Source: an uncultured virus (IMG/VR IMGVR_UViG_3300012001_000012)
Taxonomy: Duplodnaviria; Heunggongvirae; Uroviricota; Caudoviricetes
Virus record (IMG/VR): IMGVR_UViG_3300012001_000012
Length of the DNA stretch: 64,000 nt
Direction: 5' to 3' (one strand)
This document shows, piece by piece, positions 31,751 through 41,400 of the stretch (its first letter is position 1; the number at the start of each line of letters is the position of its first letter). The notes below the pieces were generated by a model. It did not search any database. It saw only the letters and a program-made list of their open reading frames with translations, and had not been told where the DNA came from. Position numbers and translations under genes: made by a program.

Positions 31751-31861
31751 AGGGCTCCAGTCCCAGCGCTGGACCCCAACAACATCACGGATATTTCTGG
31801 GATGCACCGTGATGGTGGTGTGGATGCACCACCCCGAAAACGAAAGGCACGATGATGACCC

Positions 31862-33493
31862 ATGATGCAAGTTGATTCGCTGGCCGAGGCCATCGACCTC
31901 GCCAAGCAGGGGCAGCAGTCGATGGTGAAGTGCCAAGCACATGCAGATGGCAGCGCCTCCCTGCACGTGGCACCGGGCACCAAGCACCCGGTACTGCTGA
32001 CTTGTCACGCAGGCTGTAACTACAACGACATCCTCACTGCCGCCGGGATAGACCAGCAGCTGCTGCTGGCCCCGCGCGACGAGTCGAACTACGGGAAGGC
32101 GGAGGGGGAGATCTGGACCCCGGTCAAGGACAAGAGGACCGGGCAGAACCTGAACGCCTCCCACATCTACCCGTACACCGACGCCGAGGGCACGCTGCTG
32201 TTCGAGGTCCTGCGGGTCCCGGAGCCCGGCGGCGGCAAGACCTTCCGCCAGCGCCACCCGGACCCGGCCCAGAAGTCCGGGTGGGCCTGGAACATGGAAG
32301 GTGTGGAGCGGGTGCTGTACCGGCTGCCCGAGGTCCTCGCGGCCAAGGCCGGCGGGGAGATCATCTACCTGGTCGAGGGGGAGAAGGACGTCGAGACGCT
32401 GCGCCAGCGCGGCCACACCGCCACCACCTCCCCGATGGGCGCCGGCAAATGGCAGGACGCCTACACCGACACGCTCGCGGCCTCGAACGTGGTGATCATC
32501 GCCGACGCGGACACCCCGGGCAGGAACCACGCGAGGGAGGTCCACGCCGCGCTGCTCGAGGCAGGCTGTGTGGCCTCGGTGGCGGAGGCGATGAACGGCT
32601 GCAAGGACATCACGGACCACTTCGCCCGCGGCGGGAACCTGGAGATGATCCTGGAGATCATCCCGGCGGAGGTGGTGCAGAAGGACTCCTACGGGATGGA
32701 CATCCTGGACGCGATCGAACGGGAGATCAAGCCCGCCTCCTTCGTGATCCCCGGGGTCCTCGCCCAGGGGGACCGGTGGCTGCTGACCGGCTTTGAAGGC
32801 CACGGCAAGAGTACGTTCTGCCGGCAGCTGGCGGTCCAGGTCGCCGCCGGCATCCACCCGTGGACCGGGCAGGACATCGAACCGCAGAAGGTGATGGTGG
32901 TGGACTCCGAGAACCACCCGGACCAGGTCCTCGAATCCTGGCAGGACATGATCGGCCGGGCCGCGAGGCTGGGACGGCCGATCCAGCGCGGGATGCTGAT
33001 CCTGCAGGAGGAGTGGGACAACGAGATCAACCTCAACGAGGCCTCCGGCCGCAAGTGGCTGCTCGAACGGGTCAACGCCCACCAGCCCGCACTGGTGGTC
33101 ATCGGCCCCCTGTACAACCTCTCCTCCAAGGACCTCTCCGAGCACGCCACCGTGAACGAGATGAAGTCAGCGGTCAACGAGGCCCGCGGAATCTGCGGGT
33201 CCGCGTTCATCATGGAGCACCACGCCCCGCACCGGGGCAACGGGGACAAGGACCGCAGTGTCCGGCCCTACGGGTCGAGCACGTTCCTGAAGTGGCCGGA
33301 CTTCGGCTACGGCCTCAAGCCCGAGGAGGACGAGGGCTATTACGAACTGCAGAAGACCCGCTTCCCCCGCGTCAGATCCAGGCACTTCCCGGGCTGGGTG
33401 CGCTGGGGCAGGCCGAACACGATGGAGTGGTCCTGGATGCCGGTCGCCGACTACGAGGCCGAAGCGATGGGCTACGGCAAAAAGAAGTTCTGA
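31862..33493 (+). CDS. DNA primase/helicase (Zn finger, TOPRIM, AAA/RecA-like)
   Basis: CQAHAD..CHAGC; VEGEKD, DAD, KDITD; Walker A GFEGHGKST. Confidence 0.9.
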   Translation: MMQVDSLAEAIDLAKQGQQSMVKCQAHADGSASLHVAPGTKHPVLLTCHAGCNYNDILTAAGIDQQLLLAPRDESNYGKAEGEIWTPVKDKRTGQNLNASHIYPYTDAEGTLLFEVLRVPEPGGGKTFRQRHPDPAQKSGWAWNMEGVERVLYRLPEVLAAKAGGEIIYLVEGEKDVETLRQRGHTATTSPMGAGKWQDAYTDTLAASNVVIIADADTPGRNHAREVHAALLEAGCVASVAEAMNGCKDITDHFARGGNLEMILEIIPAEVVQKDSYGMDILDAIEREIKPASFVIPGVLAQGDRWLLTGFEGHGKSTFCRQLAVQVAAGIHPWTGQDIEPQKVMVVDSENHPDQVLESWQDMIGRAARLGRPIQRGMLILQEEWDNEINLNEASGRKWLLERVNAHQPALVVIGPLYNLSSKDLSEHATVNEMKSAVNEARGICGSAFIMEHHAPHRGNGDKDRSVRPYGSSTFLKWPDFGYGLKPEEDEGYYELQKTRFPRVRSRHFPGWVRWGRPNTMEWSWMPVADYEAEAMGYGKKKF

Positions 33494-33546
33494 TTCACCA
33501 CACACAGGGTCGGGTTCCCGACCCCCGAAAGAAAGCGACACACACC

Positions 33547-33978
33547 ATGAGCACCATCAACGTCATCGTCATCCCCGCCAACAAGGACCTGCCGGTCCGC
33601 CGGGAGTCCTACGACAGCACCGACTACACCAACCTCACCGCGCTCATCTTCGCCGGGGACCGGGACGGAACCTTTGACCGGATGGTCAGCGCCGACCCGA
33701 ACGACGGGGAGGTCACGCTCTGGTTCGATGACAACGGCCTGGCCCGGCTGGACCATGAGGACGTCAACGACGTGATCAACCTCCGCGCCATGCAGCTGTA
33801 CTCCCACCTCGAAGGCGTGGATCTGGAGGACTACGCGGTCCCGCTGATCGGGGACTACGTCATCACCGGCGGGTGCGATGAGGAGGGCGAGTCCCTGGAC
33901 GCCCCGGCGTGGATCATGGACTACCCGTTCAGCTGGCACACCCGCTACACCCTGCAGTCCCGCAAGGAAAGCTTCTGA
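33547..33978 (+). CDS. Hypothetical protein (DUF3846-like)
   Basis: LWFDDNG..INLRA..LIGDYVITG pattern. Confidence 0.55.
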   Translation: MSTINVIVIPANKDLPVRRESYDSTDYTNLTALIFAGDRDGTFDRMVSADPNDGEVTLWFDDNGLARLDHEDVNDVINLRAMQLYSHLEGVDLEDYAVPLIGDYVITGGCDEEGESLDAPAWIMDYPFSWHTRYTLQSRKESF

Positions 33979-34511
33979 TGAGTGACGCTGCCGACATGGC
34001 CATGGAGGAGGAGATGGACGCGCTTACCCACCCCGACACCTGGCAGAGCAGCCAGCCCGACCTGTACTACAAGATCACCGCCCGTGACTTCCACGGCGCC
34101 CCCGTCAAGATCACCACCGAAGGGAACACCATGACACTTACACCCAAGCAGAGCCGGCTCGAGGCCGAGCTGGACAGGAACCTCGACCTGCAGAACGTCC
34201 TGAAGCTGCGGGCCGATGACCTCCGCGCCGAAATCAAGAAGGCTAACCTCCCCGCTCCGCCGCCGGCCGACGGATCGGACATGTTCCAGACCCTGGTGCA
34301 GTTCACCCCGGGCGGCCGCACCTACAGCTACCTGCTGATCCGCTCCGGGGGGCGCTGGTACACCACCGGCACCCACGAGGACCAGAAGATGTTCAAGTCC
34401 TGGGAGGCGCTGTGCGCCTGGCTGAACAGCACCTACTCCCACACCAACCTGACGGCCCTGATGACGACCGGCCTCTCCTTCCCCACCGAGTACAAGACGG
34501 TGCGCCTGTAA
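33978..34511 (+). CDS. Hypothetical protein
   Basis: TGATG coupling; possible internal start near 34130. Confidence 0.7.
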   Translation: MSDAADMAMEEEMDALTHPDTWQSSQPDLYYKITARDFHGAPVKITTEGNTMTLTPKQSRLEAELDRNLDLQNVLKLRADDLRAEIKKANLPAPPPADGSDMFQTLVQFTPGGRTYSYLLIRSGGRWYTTGTHEDQKMFKSWEALCAWLNSTYSHTNLTALMTTGLSFPTEYKTVRL

Positions 34512-35029
34512 TGGGGACCACTAACGGGCTGGGCGAGACGGTCCGACTGGACCTGGGCACCGGACACAGCGCCCCGCCCATGGTTCCATATGGCAGTACC
34601 GGATCGGGTCACGCCGGGAACGGGAGCTCCCGGGAGCGCCAGGAAATCCAGGACGCCTCCGGCCTGACCGCGAGCCGGCAGAAGAAGGCGCTGGAGATGG
34701 TCGAGTACGCCGCCGAGCACGGCATCACCGTCGGGGAACTGGAGGACACCCTGCTGATCGGGCACGGCCAGGCCTCCTCCGCCCTGTCCCACCTGCACCG
34801 GGCCGGGCATGTCTGCCGGATCAAGGAGCGCCGGAACAAGCAGGAGATCTACGTCCTGCCCGGTCAGGTGGGGGAGCGCAAGGAGTCCCCGTACAACCCC
34901 CGCCCCGAGCGCAAGCACCCGAAGTTCCATTCGGATGCGACCGTGGTCAACGCCATGACCATGGCAGGGCTGGACCTGGACACCGGCACCTACGCCAAGG
35001 TCCGCAAATTCCTGGAGGCGCTGCCGTGA
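34511..35029 (+). CDS. Winged-HTH DNA-binding protein
   Basis: GITVGELEDTLLIGHGQASSALSHLHRAGHV. Confidence 0.65.
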   Translation: MGTTNGLGETVRLDLGTGHSAPPMVPYGSTGSGHAGNGSSRERQEIQDASGLTASRQKKALEMVEYAAEHGITVGELEDTLLIGHGQASSALSHLHRAGHVCRIKERRNKQEIYVLPGQVGERKESPYNPRPERKHPKFHSDATVVNAMTMAGLDLDTGTYAKVRKFLEALP

Positions 35030-35238
35030 CGGAGACGCTGACACTGCGGGTCGAGATCGTCTTCGATTCGACCGGGCCGCGCGATGCGATCGAGGCGCTG
35101 AAGGACATCACCTCCGGGGTGGAGGCTTTCATCCTGGACTACTACACCGCCGACAACCCCGACAGCGAGGAGACGGCGATGCGCTCCGACGGCTGGCAGG
35201 GGCCGTTCGTCCTCAGCGCCGAAGGGGAAATTCACTGA
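35026..35238 (+). CDS. Hypothetical protein
   Basis: GTGA overlap. Confidence 0.65.
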   Translation: MTETLTLRVEIVFDSTGPRDAIEALKDITSGVEAFILDYYTADNPDSEETAMRSDGWQGPFVLSAEGEIH

Positions 35239-35549
35239 GCGCGATCCCAACAGCGGCCCGGAAGAAGATCCGGGAGCGGCAGATGGATCTTTGCTGCCGA
35301 TGCGGCAACACGTATAGCGAGCTGCATCACCGGCAGCGCAGGCGGGACGGGGGACATGGGCTCGATGTGCTGGTTGGCCTGTGCGGAACAGACCATCGCT
35401 GGTGTCATGCCAACCCTGTCCGGGCGAAAGAGCAGGGCTACATTGTGGACCCATATGTTGATGATGTATCAGACATCCCTATCCGGACGTTTATGGGATG
35501 GGTAAAGTTCACAAAAGACGGGGGAGTGTCTTTCGTGGACGATAATTAG
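35235..35549 (+). CDS. Small HNH endonuclease
   Basis: CCRCG..HHRQRR..GG..LCGTDH..CH; frame open back to CTG 35235, first ATG at 35283. Confidence 0.75.
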   Translation: MSAIPTAARKKIRERQMDLCCRCGNTYSELHHRQRRRDGGHGLDVLVGLCGTDHRWCHANPVRAKEQGYIVDPYVDDVSDIPIRTFMGWVKFTKDGGVSFVDDN

Positions 35550-35560
35550 GGGGAACTGCT

Positions 35561-35764
35561 ATGGGTCTCAGCCTTAGCGTCGAAGTAACAATTCCGGACG
35601 GCGTCGATACCGCCTTGCTCATCGCCATCGGTGAGAGGTGCTATCCCTATGACATCGAGGAAACCATGGAGATTGACGAGGCCCTGCAGTGGGCATTCTC
35701 AACCCCGCAAGGCGTAACTGAATTAGCCATCCTCGGCGTCCGCTGGAATGCCCAACACCAGTAG
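35561..35764 (+). CDS. Hypothetical protein (lower GC)
   Basis: RBS AGGGGG; 67 aa. Confidence 0.6.
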   Translation: MGLSLSVEVTIPDGVDTALLIAIGERCYPYDIEETMEIDEALQWAFSTPQGVTELAILGVRWNAQHQ

Positions 35765-35798
35765 GACATCAGATGACACACATACCAAGGAGACGGTC

Positions 35799-36326
35799 AT
35801 GACCGAAAACTCAGCAGCACTTAGCGACAATCTGAATCCGGAATCTATCAAAGCCCGGAGGACTCGCTCGGGAATCAGCACTGGCATCAAGGGCCTGGTC
35901 CAGACGTCCGGCGAGAACTCCCGGGACCACGGGTTCCATGAGGACTGGCCCACCGACCGGTGGTACCACTTCCAGCACCCGGCCGAACGCAGTGCCGTCC
36001 GGCGGGCGATCGCGGAGAAGCTGGCGCTGGTCCACGAGGAGGTCTCCGAAGCGCTCGGGGAGATCCGCTCCGGCCACGCCCCGCTGGAGACCTACTTTGT
36101 TTCCAAGCACGACGGATCGCAGTGGAATGAGCAGAGCTACGACAATGAGGGCACGCCGCAGCGTAAACCCGAGGGGTTCCTGGTGGAACTCGCCGACGCG
36201 ATGATCCGGATCGCCGACCTCGCCTACCTGGCCGGGGACAAGGACGGGACGCAGCTGGCCGCCGCGCTGCAGATCAAGGCGGAGTACAACGCGACCCGTG
36301 AGCACAAGCACGGCCGTCACTTCTGA
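35799..36326 (+). CDS. MazG-like nucleotide pyrophosphohydrolase
   Basis: KLALVHEEVSEALGE ... ELADAMIRIAD (EXXE/EXXD); RBS AAGGAG. Confidence 0.8.
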   Translation: MTENSAALSDNLNPESIKARRTRSGISTGIKGLVQTSGENSRDHGFHEDWPTDRWYHFQHPAERSAVRRAIAEKLALVHEEVSEALGEIRSGHAPLETYFVSKHDGSQWNEQSYDNEGTPQRKPEGFLVELADAMIRIADLAYLAGDKDGTQLAAALQIKAEYNATREHKHGRHF

Positions 36327-36371
36327 CCCGTCACGGCCAGCGCGGACTTGCCCGCATACTGGATACTCAAC

Positions 36372-36401
36372 TTGACAGAATACCCGTTTACGCATTAGAA
36401 T
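36372..36401 (+). promoter_or_regulatory. SigA-type promoter, probably leaderless
   Basis: TTGACA-N18-TAGAAT, 7 nt before ATG 36409. Confidence 0.8.
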
Positions 36402-36408
36402 GGACTCC

Positions 36409-37224
36409 ATGACACACACCGATATTGACCCCCGCATCCAGCCCCTGACCGACATGCAGCTCAAGCAGCTAATGGCGGACCTGAACCCCAACCGGGTCGC
36501 CTCCCGCAAGCAGGGCGGCACCAGCCTGTCCTACCTGGCCACCTGGGACGTGAAGGCCACCCTGATCCGCATCTTCGGGTTCGGCGGGTTCAGCGCCGAC
36601 GCTGACGAATGCGAGCTTGTCCGGATCGAGAACAACATTCCCAAATACTCCGGGTATGGCAAGGACAAGGTGGAGGTGCCGATCGAGTACACCCCGGACG
36701 GGCAGATCAAGTTCGGCACCGCGAACTTCCGGGTCACCGCCAGGGCCCGGGTGAAGCTGACCATCCACCAGCTTGGAGCCACCTACACCGAGTGGGCCGC
36801 ATCCTCCCAGACCGGCCCGGACATCGGCGAGGTCTCGGACTTCGCCATCAAGACCGCGGAGTCCGATGCGCTGAAGCGGGCCGCGATCTACCTGGGCACG
36901 CAATACGGACTCTCGCTCTACAACGACGGCGCCACCGCCGACGTCATCCAGGCCATCCTCTCCCCCGGGCAGGAATGGCGCCGGGGGGCCAGGGCCTACC
37001 CGCAGGTCGCCGAGAAGATGGCCGAGGCCATGGAGCGCCCGGCCACCGCGTCTGCATCCGTGGAGCACCTCCGCGGGGAGAACGTGGACGATGCGGCGCA
37101 CGTCCAGAACATGGCGAACCTGAACGCCTCGCTCTCCGCGCAGGTCAAAAAGCAGGAGCACCGCGCCGGGGCTGATGTGCCGATGTATGCCGACGAGTCC
37201 CTGGATCCGGTGACCGGGAGCTAG
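36409..37224 (+). CDS. Rad52/Rad22-family (Sak-like) single-strand annealing protein
   Basis: RVASRKQGGTSLSYL..RIFGFGGF..KTAESDALKRAA..G..LY. Confidence 0.85.
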   Translation: MTHTDIDPRIQPLTDMQLKQLMADLNPNRVASRKQGGTSLSYLATWDVKATLIRIFGFGGFSADADECELVRIENNIPKYSGYGKDKVEVPIEYTPDGQIKFGTANFRVTARARVKLTIHQLGATYTEWAASSQTGPDIGEVSDFAIKTAESDALKRAAIYLGTQYGLSLYNDGATADVIQAILSPGQEWRRGARAYPQVAEKMAEAMERPATASASVEHLRGENVDDAAHVQNMANLNASLSAQVKKQEHRAGADVPMYADESLDPVTGS

Positions 37225-37325
37225 GGTCGGGACCCCGACCCCCATATCACCACCCTGCGGGGGTCGGACAGAGAATGTCGGCCCCCGCAGGTATGTTCAC
37301 ACCACACACCAGAAAGGATTCCGTG

Positions 37326-38429
37326 ATGGAGTATTCCAAGGTCATCGACCACACCATGGATGCGTTTGAAGTCTCAGTCGCCGAGGAGGTCTACGGCGCG
37401 ATCCAGGACGCCTCCAACGGCACCGACCGTTCCGCCCAGCAGCGCGAGAACCGGCTGGGGATGTCCAACATCGGGCACTGCCAGCAGGCCGCGGTGCTGA
37501 TGATCCGCCAGACCAAGCCCAGTGACGTCCGGGACAAGTCCGCGGCGTTCTTCGGCACCGTCGCCGGGGCCGCGATCGAGCAGCGCCTGAAGATCACCCA
37601 CCCCAACTGGCTGTTCCAGGCCGAGGTCGAGTTCAGGATCCCCTCCGGCGGGGAACTCGGGGCGCACCCGGACATCATCATCCCCGCCACTGCCGCCGTC
37701 TCCAAGGAACAGTTCCTCGCCAACGAGGCCGCCCGGGTACTGGACCCGACCATCCCCAAGGTCTACGTCCAGGGGGTGTGGGACCTGAAGTCCAAGGACA
37801 AGCTGGACACCATCAAGAAGTACGGGCCCTCCAAGCAGCAGGTCTTCCAGCTCTCCGGCTACGCCGCCGCCGCGATCGACGCCGGCCTGCTGGACGGGAG
37901 CCAGCCGATCTTCCTGACCGACGCCTACTTTGACCGCTCCGGGGCCCAGCACGAGTCCTACAGCTTCGGCTGGTGGTACGACCCGAACGTCCTGACCGAG
38001 ATCGACGACTGGATCCACGACGTGAAGTACGCGGTGATCAACGGCATCGACGGTTCCCGGGACATGGCCCGGGAGTGGTGCTGGAACTGGTGCGAGTACG
38101 CCACCACCTGCCGGGGTGCGGACACCGACGTCGAGGGCCTGATCGAGGACGCCGAGATCCTCTCCGCCGTGGACCTGTACAGCCAGGGTATGGCGCTGGA
38201 GCGCGAAGGCAAACGCCAGAAGGACGTCGCCAAGCTCTCCATCCCCGAACAGCTCTCGGGCTCCACCGGCACCCACAACGTGCGCTGGGTCGAGGTCGGG
38301 GCCACCGAGATCAAGGGCTTCACCCGGGCAGGGCACCGGAAACTGACGATCTCCCCGGTGCCGGGACCGAAGAAACCCCCGGCGCCGCGAAAGAAGAAGG
38401 CCGCCGCCGTCGAGACGGAGGTCCAGTAA
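37326..38429 (+). CDS. Cas4-like PD-(D/E)XK exonuclease
   Basis: SNIGHC, GT, HPD..WDLKS, QLSGY, CWNWCEYATTC; adjacent to the recombinase. Confidence 0.8.
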   Translation: MEYSKVIDHTMDAFEVSVAEEVYGAIQDASNGTDRSAQQRENRLGMSNIGHCQQAAVLMIRQTKPSDVRDKSAAFFGTVAGAAIEQRLKITHPNWLFQAEVEFRIPSGGELGAHPDIIIPATAAVSKEQFLANEAARVLDPTIPKVYVQGVWDLKSKDKLDTIKKYGPSKQQVFQLSGYAAAAIDAGLLDGSQPIFLTDAYFDRSGAQHESYSFGWWYDPNVLTEIDDWIHDVKYAVINGIDGSRDMAREWCWNWCEYATTCRGADTDVEGLIEDAEILSAVDLYSQGMALEREGKRQKDVAKLSIPEQLSGSTGTHNVRWVEVGATEIKGFTRAGHRKLTISPVPGPKKPPAPRKKKAAAVETEVQ

Positions 38430-41400
38430 TGCCCCGGTTCACCGCGGCCCCGGACACCATCCGGATCTGCGCCGGGACCTGCGGGCGGCTGACCCGGTCC
38501 TCCAAGAAGCGGATCAGCGACTACCCGGGCACCATCAGCCGGTACAAGTACGACATGTGCAACCCCTGCGCCCGGCAGGTGGACCTGATCAACGACGCCC
38601 GGCAGGAGGCGGCGCGGATCAAGCTGCTGCCCCCGCCGCCGATGGAGAAACGCATCCCGAACCCGGACGCCCCGGCCGCCCACCAGGTCGCCTCATACCT
38701 CTCCGGCCGGGATGCCAGGATCAGGGCCCGGGTCCGGCGTGTGACGCTGGGGCAGAGCGAGGTCAGGATTTGAGCCAGCCCTACGATCAGCCGCTGCCCG
38801 GCTTCGACGCCGCGGTGCCGAAGCCGGCGCGCGTCCAGTCCGCCAAGGACAGGGACGACGCCGCACACAAGGTCACCTGGCGGAAGTACAAGGGCGCCCC
38901 CCGCGGCTGCCAGGACTGCTTCGATGAGATCCAGTCCGGGACCCGGAATGTCTTTGGACGGTCCGTCTTCATCCGGGCCGTCGGCGGTATCGAGCGTCCC
39001 ATCTGCTACGAACACAAGGCGCTGCGAGATGAGCAGGACGCGATCAGCGCACCGAAACAGGAGAGAGGCAAGTAAATGGAACACTCCTTCATCGTCCTCG
39101 CCGAGGCCATCATCAGCACCGGCGACATCTCCACGGTCCGTCCCTACCGGGAGGACGGGCTGCGCGTAAAGCCCGGCGACGCCTCCGACGGGGTGCGGGT
39201 CACCATGCGCTCCAAGGCCACCCATGTTGACCTGCCCGGCATAACGCTGGAAGGGTTCGCGTCACTGCTCAGCGGCGCAGCGTACTAACCACTATCGAAA
39301 GGCACCACATGTACCTCGAAACACCGAACGTCCCCGGCACCCCCGAGTCCCGGATCAAGGCACTGAAGGAAGCCCGCGTCCTGCTGAAGGAGGAGCCCGA
39401 GGTCACCAACGGCATCGTGTTCGGCGGCGGCAGCACCAAGCCCGGCGCCGTGGCACCGGCCGCCGAACTGATCCGGGTGGCCACCTACATCGAGACCGGC
39501 CACGACTACCGGGACACCCACCCGGAAGGCAAGCGCCGCCCGCTCCAGCGCATCACCAACGTCACGGTGATGGCTCCGGAAGGGGAGCTGGAGCACCTGA
39601 TGTCCCACCTGGAGGACGGGTCCTTCGCCGAGTTCCTCGACGACATGACGGGGCAGGGGAAACCGGAAGCGGCTGATCCGGAAAAATCAGACGGCCGCGA
39701 CTGACCACCTGCACCACCGCTGGGGCCGGACCATACCGGCCCCAGCGCACCACGCCAGAAGGAGTACACCATGAGCACCACGATTGAATGGGCGTCCGCT
39801 GACCAGGGCGTGACGCTGCTGGTCGGCAACGATGAGGCAGCGGACGGGAACGCCCCCAACGGGGAGGCCCGTGACGGAGCGGATCTGATGGCGCTGACGG
39901 TGGAGGGCTGCGCGATCTACGGCACCCCCGGCCAGCTGCTCGAACTGCTTTCCGATGCGGTCTCGATGATCAGCGCCGAACTCGCCGGACAATAACCACC
40001 CCGGGTCGGGACACCGACCCCCGCACCAAGGAGCACACACCATGGCAACCACCGATGAAACCCTCGCCGCGGCCATCAGCGCATTCGAGGAGCTGCTGTT
40101 CAAGAAGTTCGACCGGCTCCACGCCGCGGAGATCCACGACAACGACGTTATCCGCTACCTTCGCGCTGAGGGTCTGACGATCCTCGCCGGGCGCTACATC
40201 GAATGGGCCGGCGCCATTGACCCGGACGTGGACCCCACCCCCCAGGGCGAGGAGCTGGTGACCGACCCGGGAGACGCCCCCTCTTACGAGGCGCTGGAGC
40301 AGCACTTCGACGGCGGAATTGCACCCGGCGCCACGCTCGGCATCGAGTGGCCGGCATGAGCTACCTGACCAAGGGCGCCCCCGTCCGGTACTTCCCCGGC
40401 TTCCGCGACGGCCCCTCCAGGCTCGGCAGGCTCCGCACCGGACTCGCCACCATCGGCGGTACCGACGGGTACTACGTCACTGGCGCCGGGTTCATCAGCG
40501 CCGCCCACATCGAAGTCCTGCCCCTGGGGGAGGATGGCTGCATCGAAGTCAAGACCGCAGCCGAAGCGCTGGAGGTATGCGACTGGGACGGTGTCACCGA
40601 CGTCGTCATCACCGACAACATGGAGCGGATCAGGATGCAGAAGCTGATGCGGGGGCTGCGCTGATGGCCGTGCAGAAAGGCGGGCACCCCGCCGCCATCG
40701 ACCCGGCGGTCGCGAAGCTGGACAAAACCATGAAGGCTGCGGTGGCGCTGGTGCGGGACCTCGACGGGAAGCTCAGTCCCGGGACGCACCTGAAGCTGCG
40801 CTCCTCGGCGCTGGGACTGATGTGGGCGTACAGCGAACTGACGGGCCTGCCCTCCCCGGTCGAAACACTCAACTACGAAGGAGAGACCCCGTGAGCGGTT
40901 ACCGGCTGGGCCAGCGCGTGAAGTACTCCGACCGGCTGGTGCGGGTCAACATCCACACCTACCGCGACTATGACGCCCCACGGTCCGAGGCGCTGCTGCA
41001 GTCGGCGCTGGACCTGATGGGCATTCCCCGGTCCTGGGGCGGGAGGACGTTCCGGGACCTGGACTGGAGGCTGTGGGTGCCGGAGACGTTCGCCCGGGAG
41101 CACCTGCACTCCGGCCTGACCATGCTGAAGTACTCCAGCCTCCCGGCCGCCGGGGAAGGCATCATCGTCCAGCGCGCCACCCTCCAGCAGGGCGGCACCG
41201 CCTACAACGGCCAGGAGGACCCGGCGTGCTGGATGAACCACGGCACGACCCGCGCGTACAAGGTCGCCTTCGACATCAACCGCACCCCCGTCCACGTCCT
41301 GCCCGGACACATCACCGCGCTGGAGGAATCATGAGCGACTTCTGGGCACCGAACGCCAAGCCAAAGGCACGCAAGCAGCACCAATGCCTGACCTGTTACC

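Noticed and set aside
37326..38429. Cas4-like gene as part of a CRISPR-Cas system
   Set aside because: Solo nuclease paired with a Sak recombinase, the usual phage recombination module.
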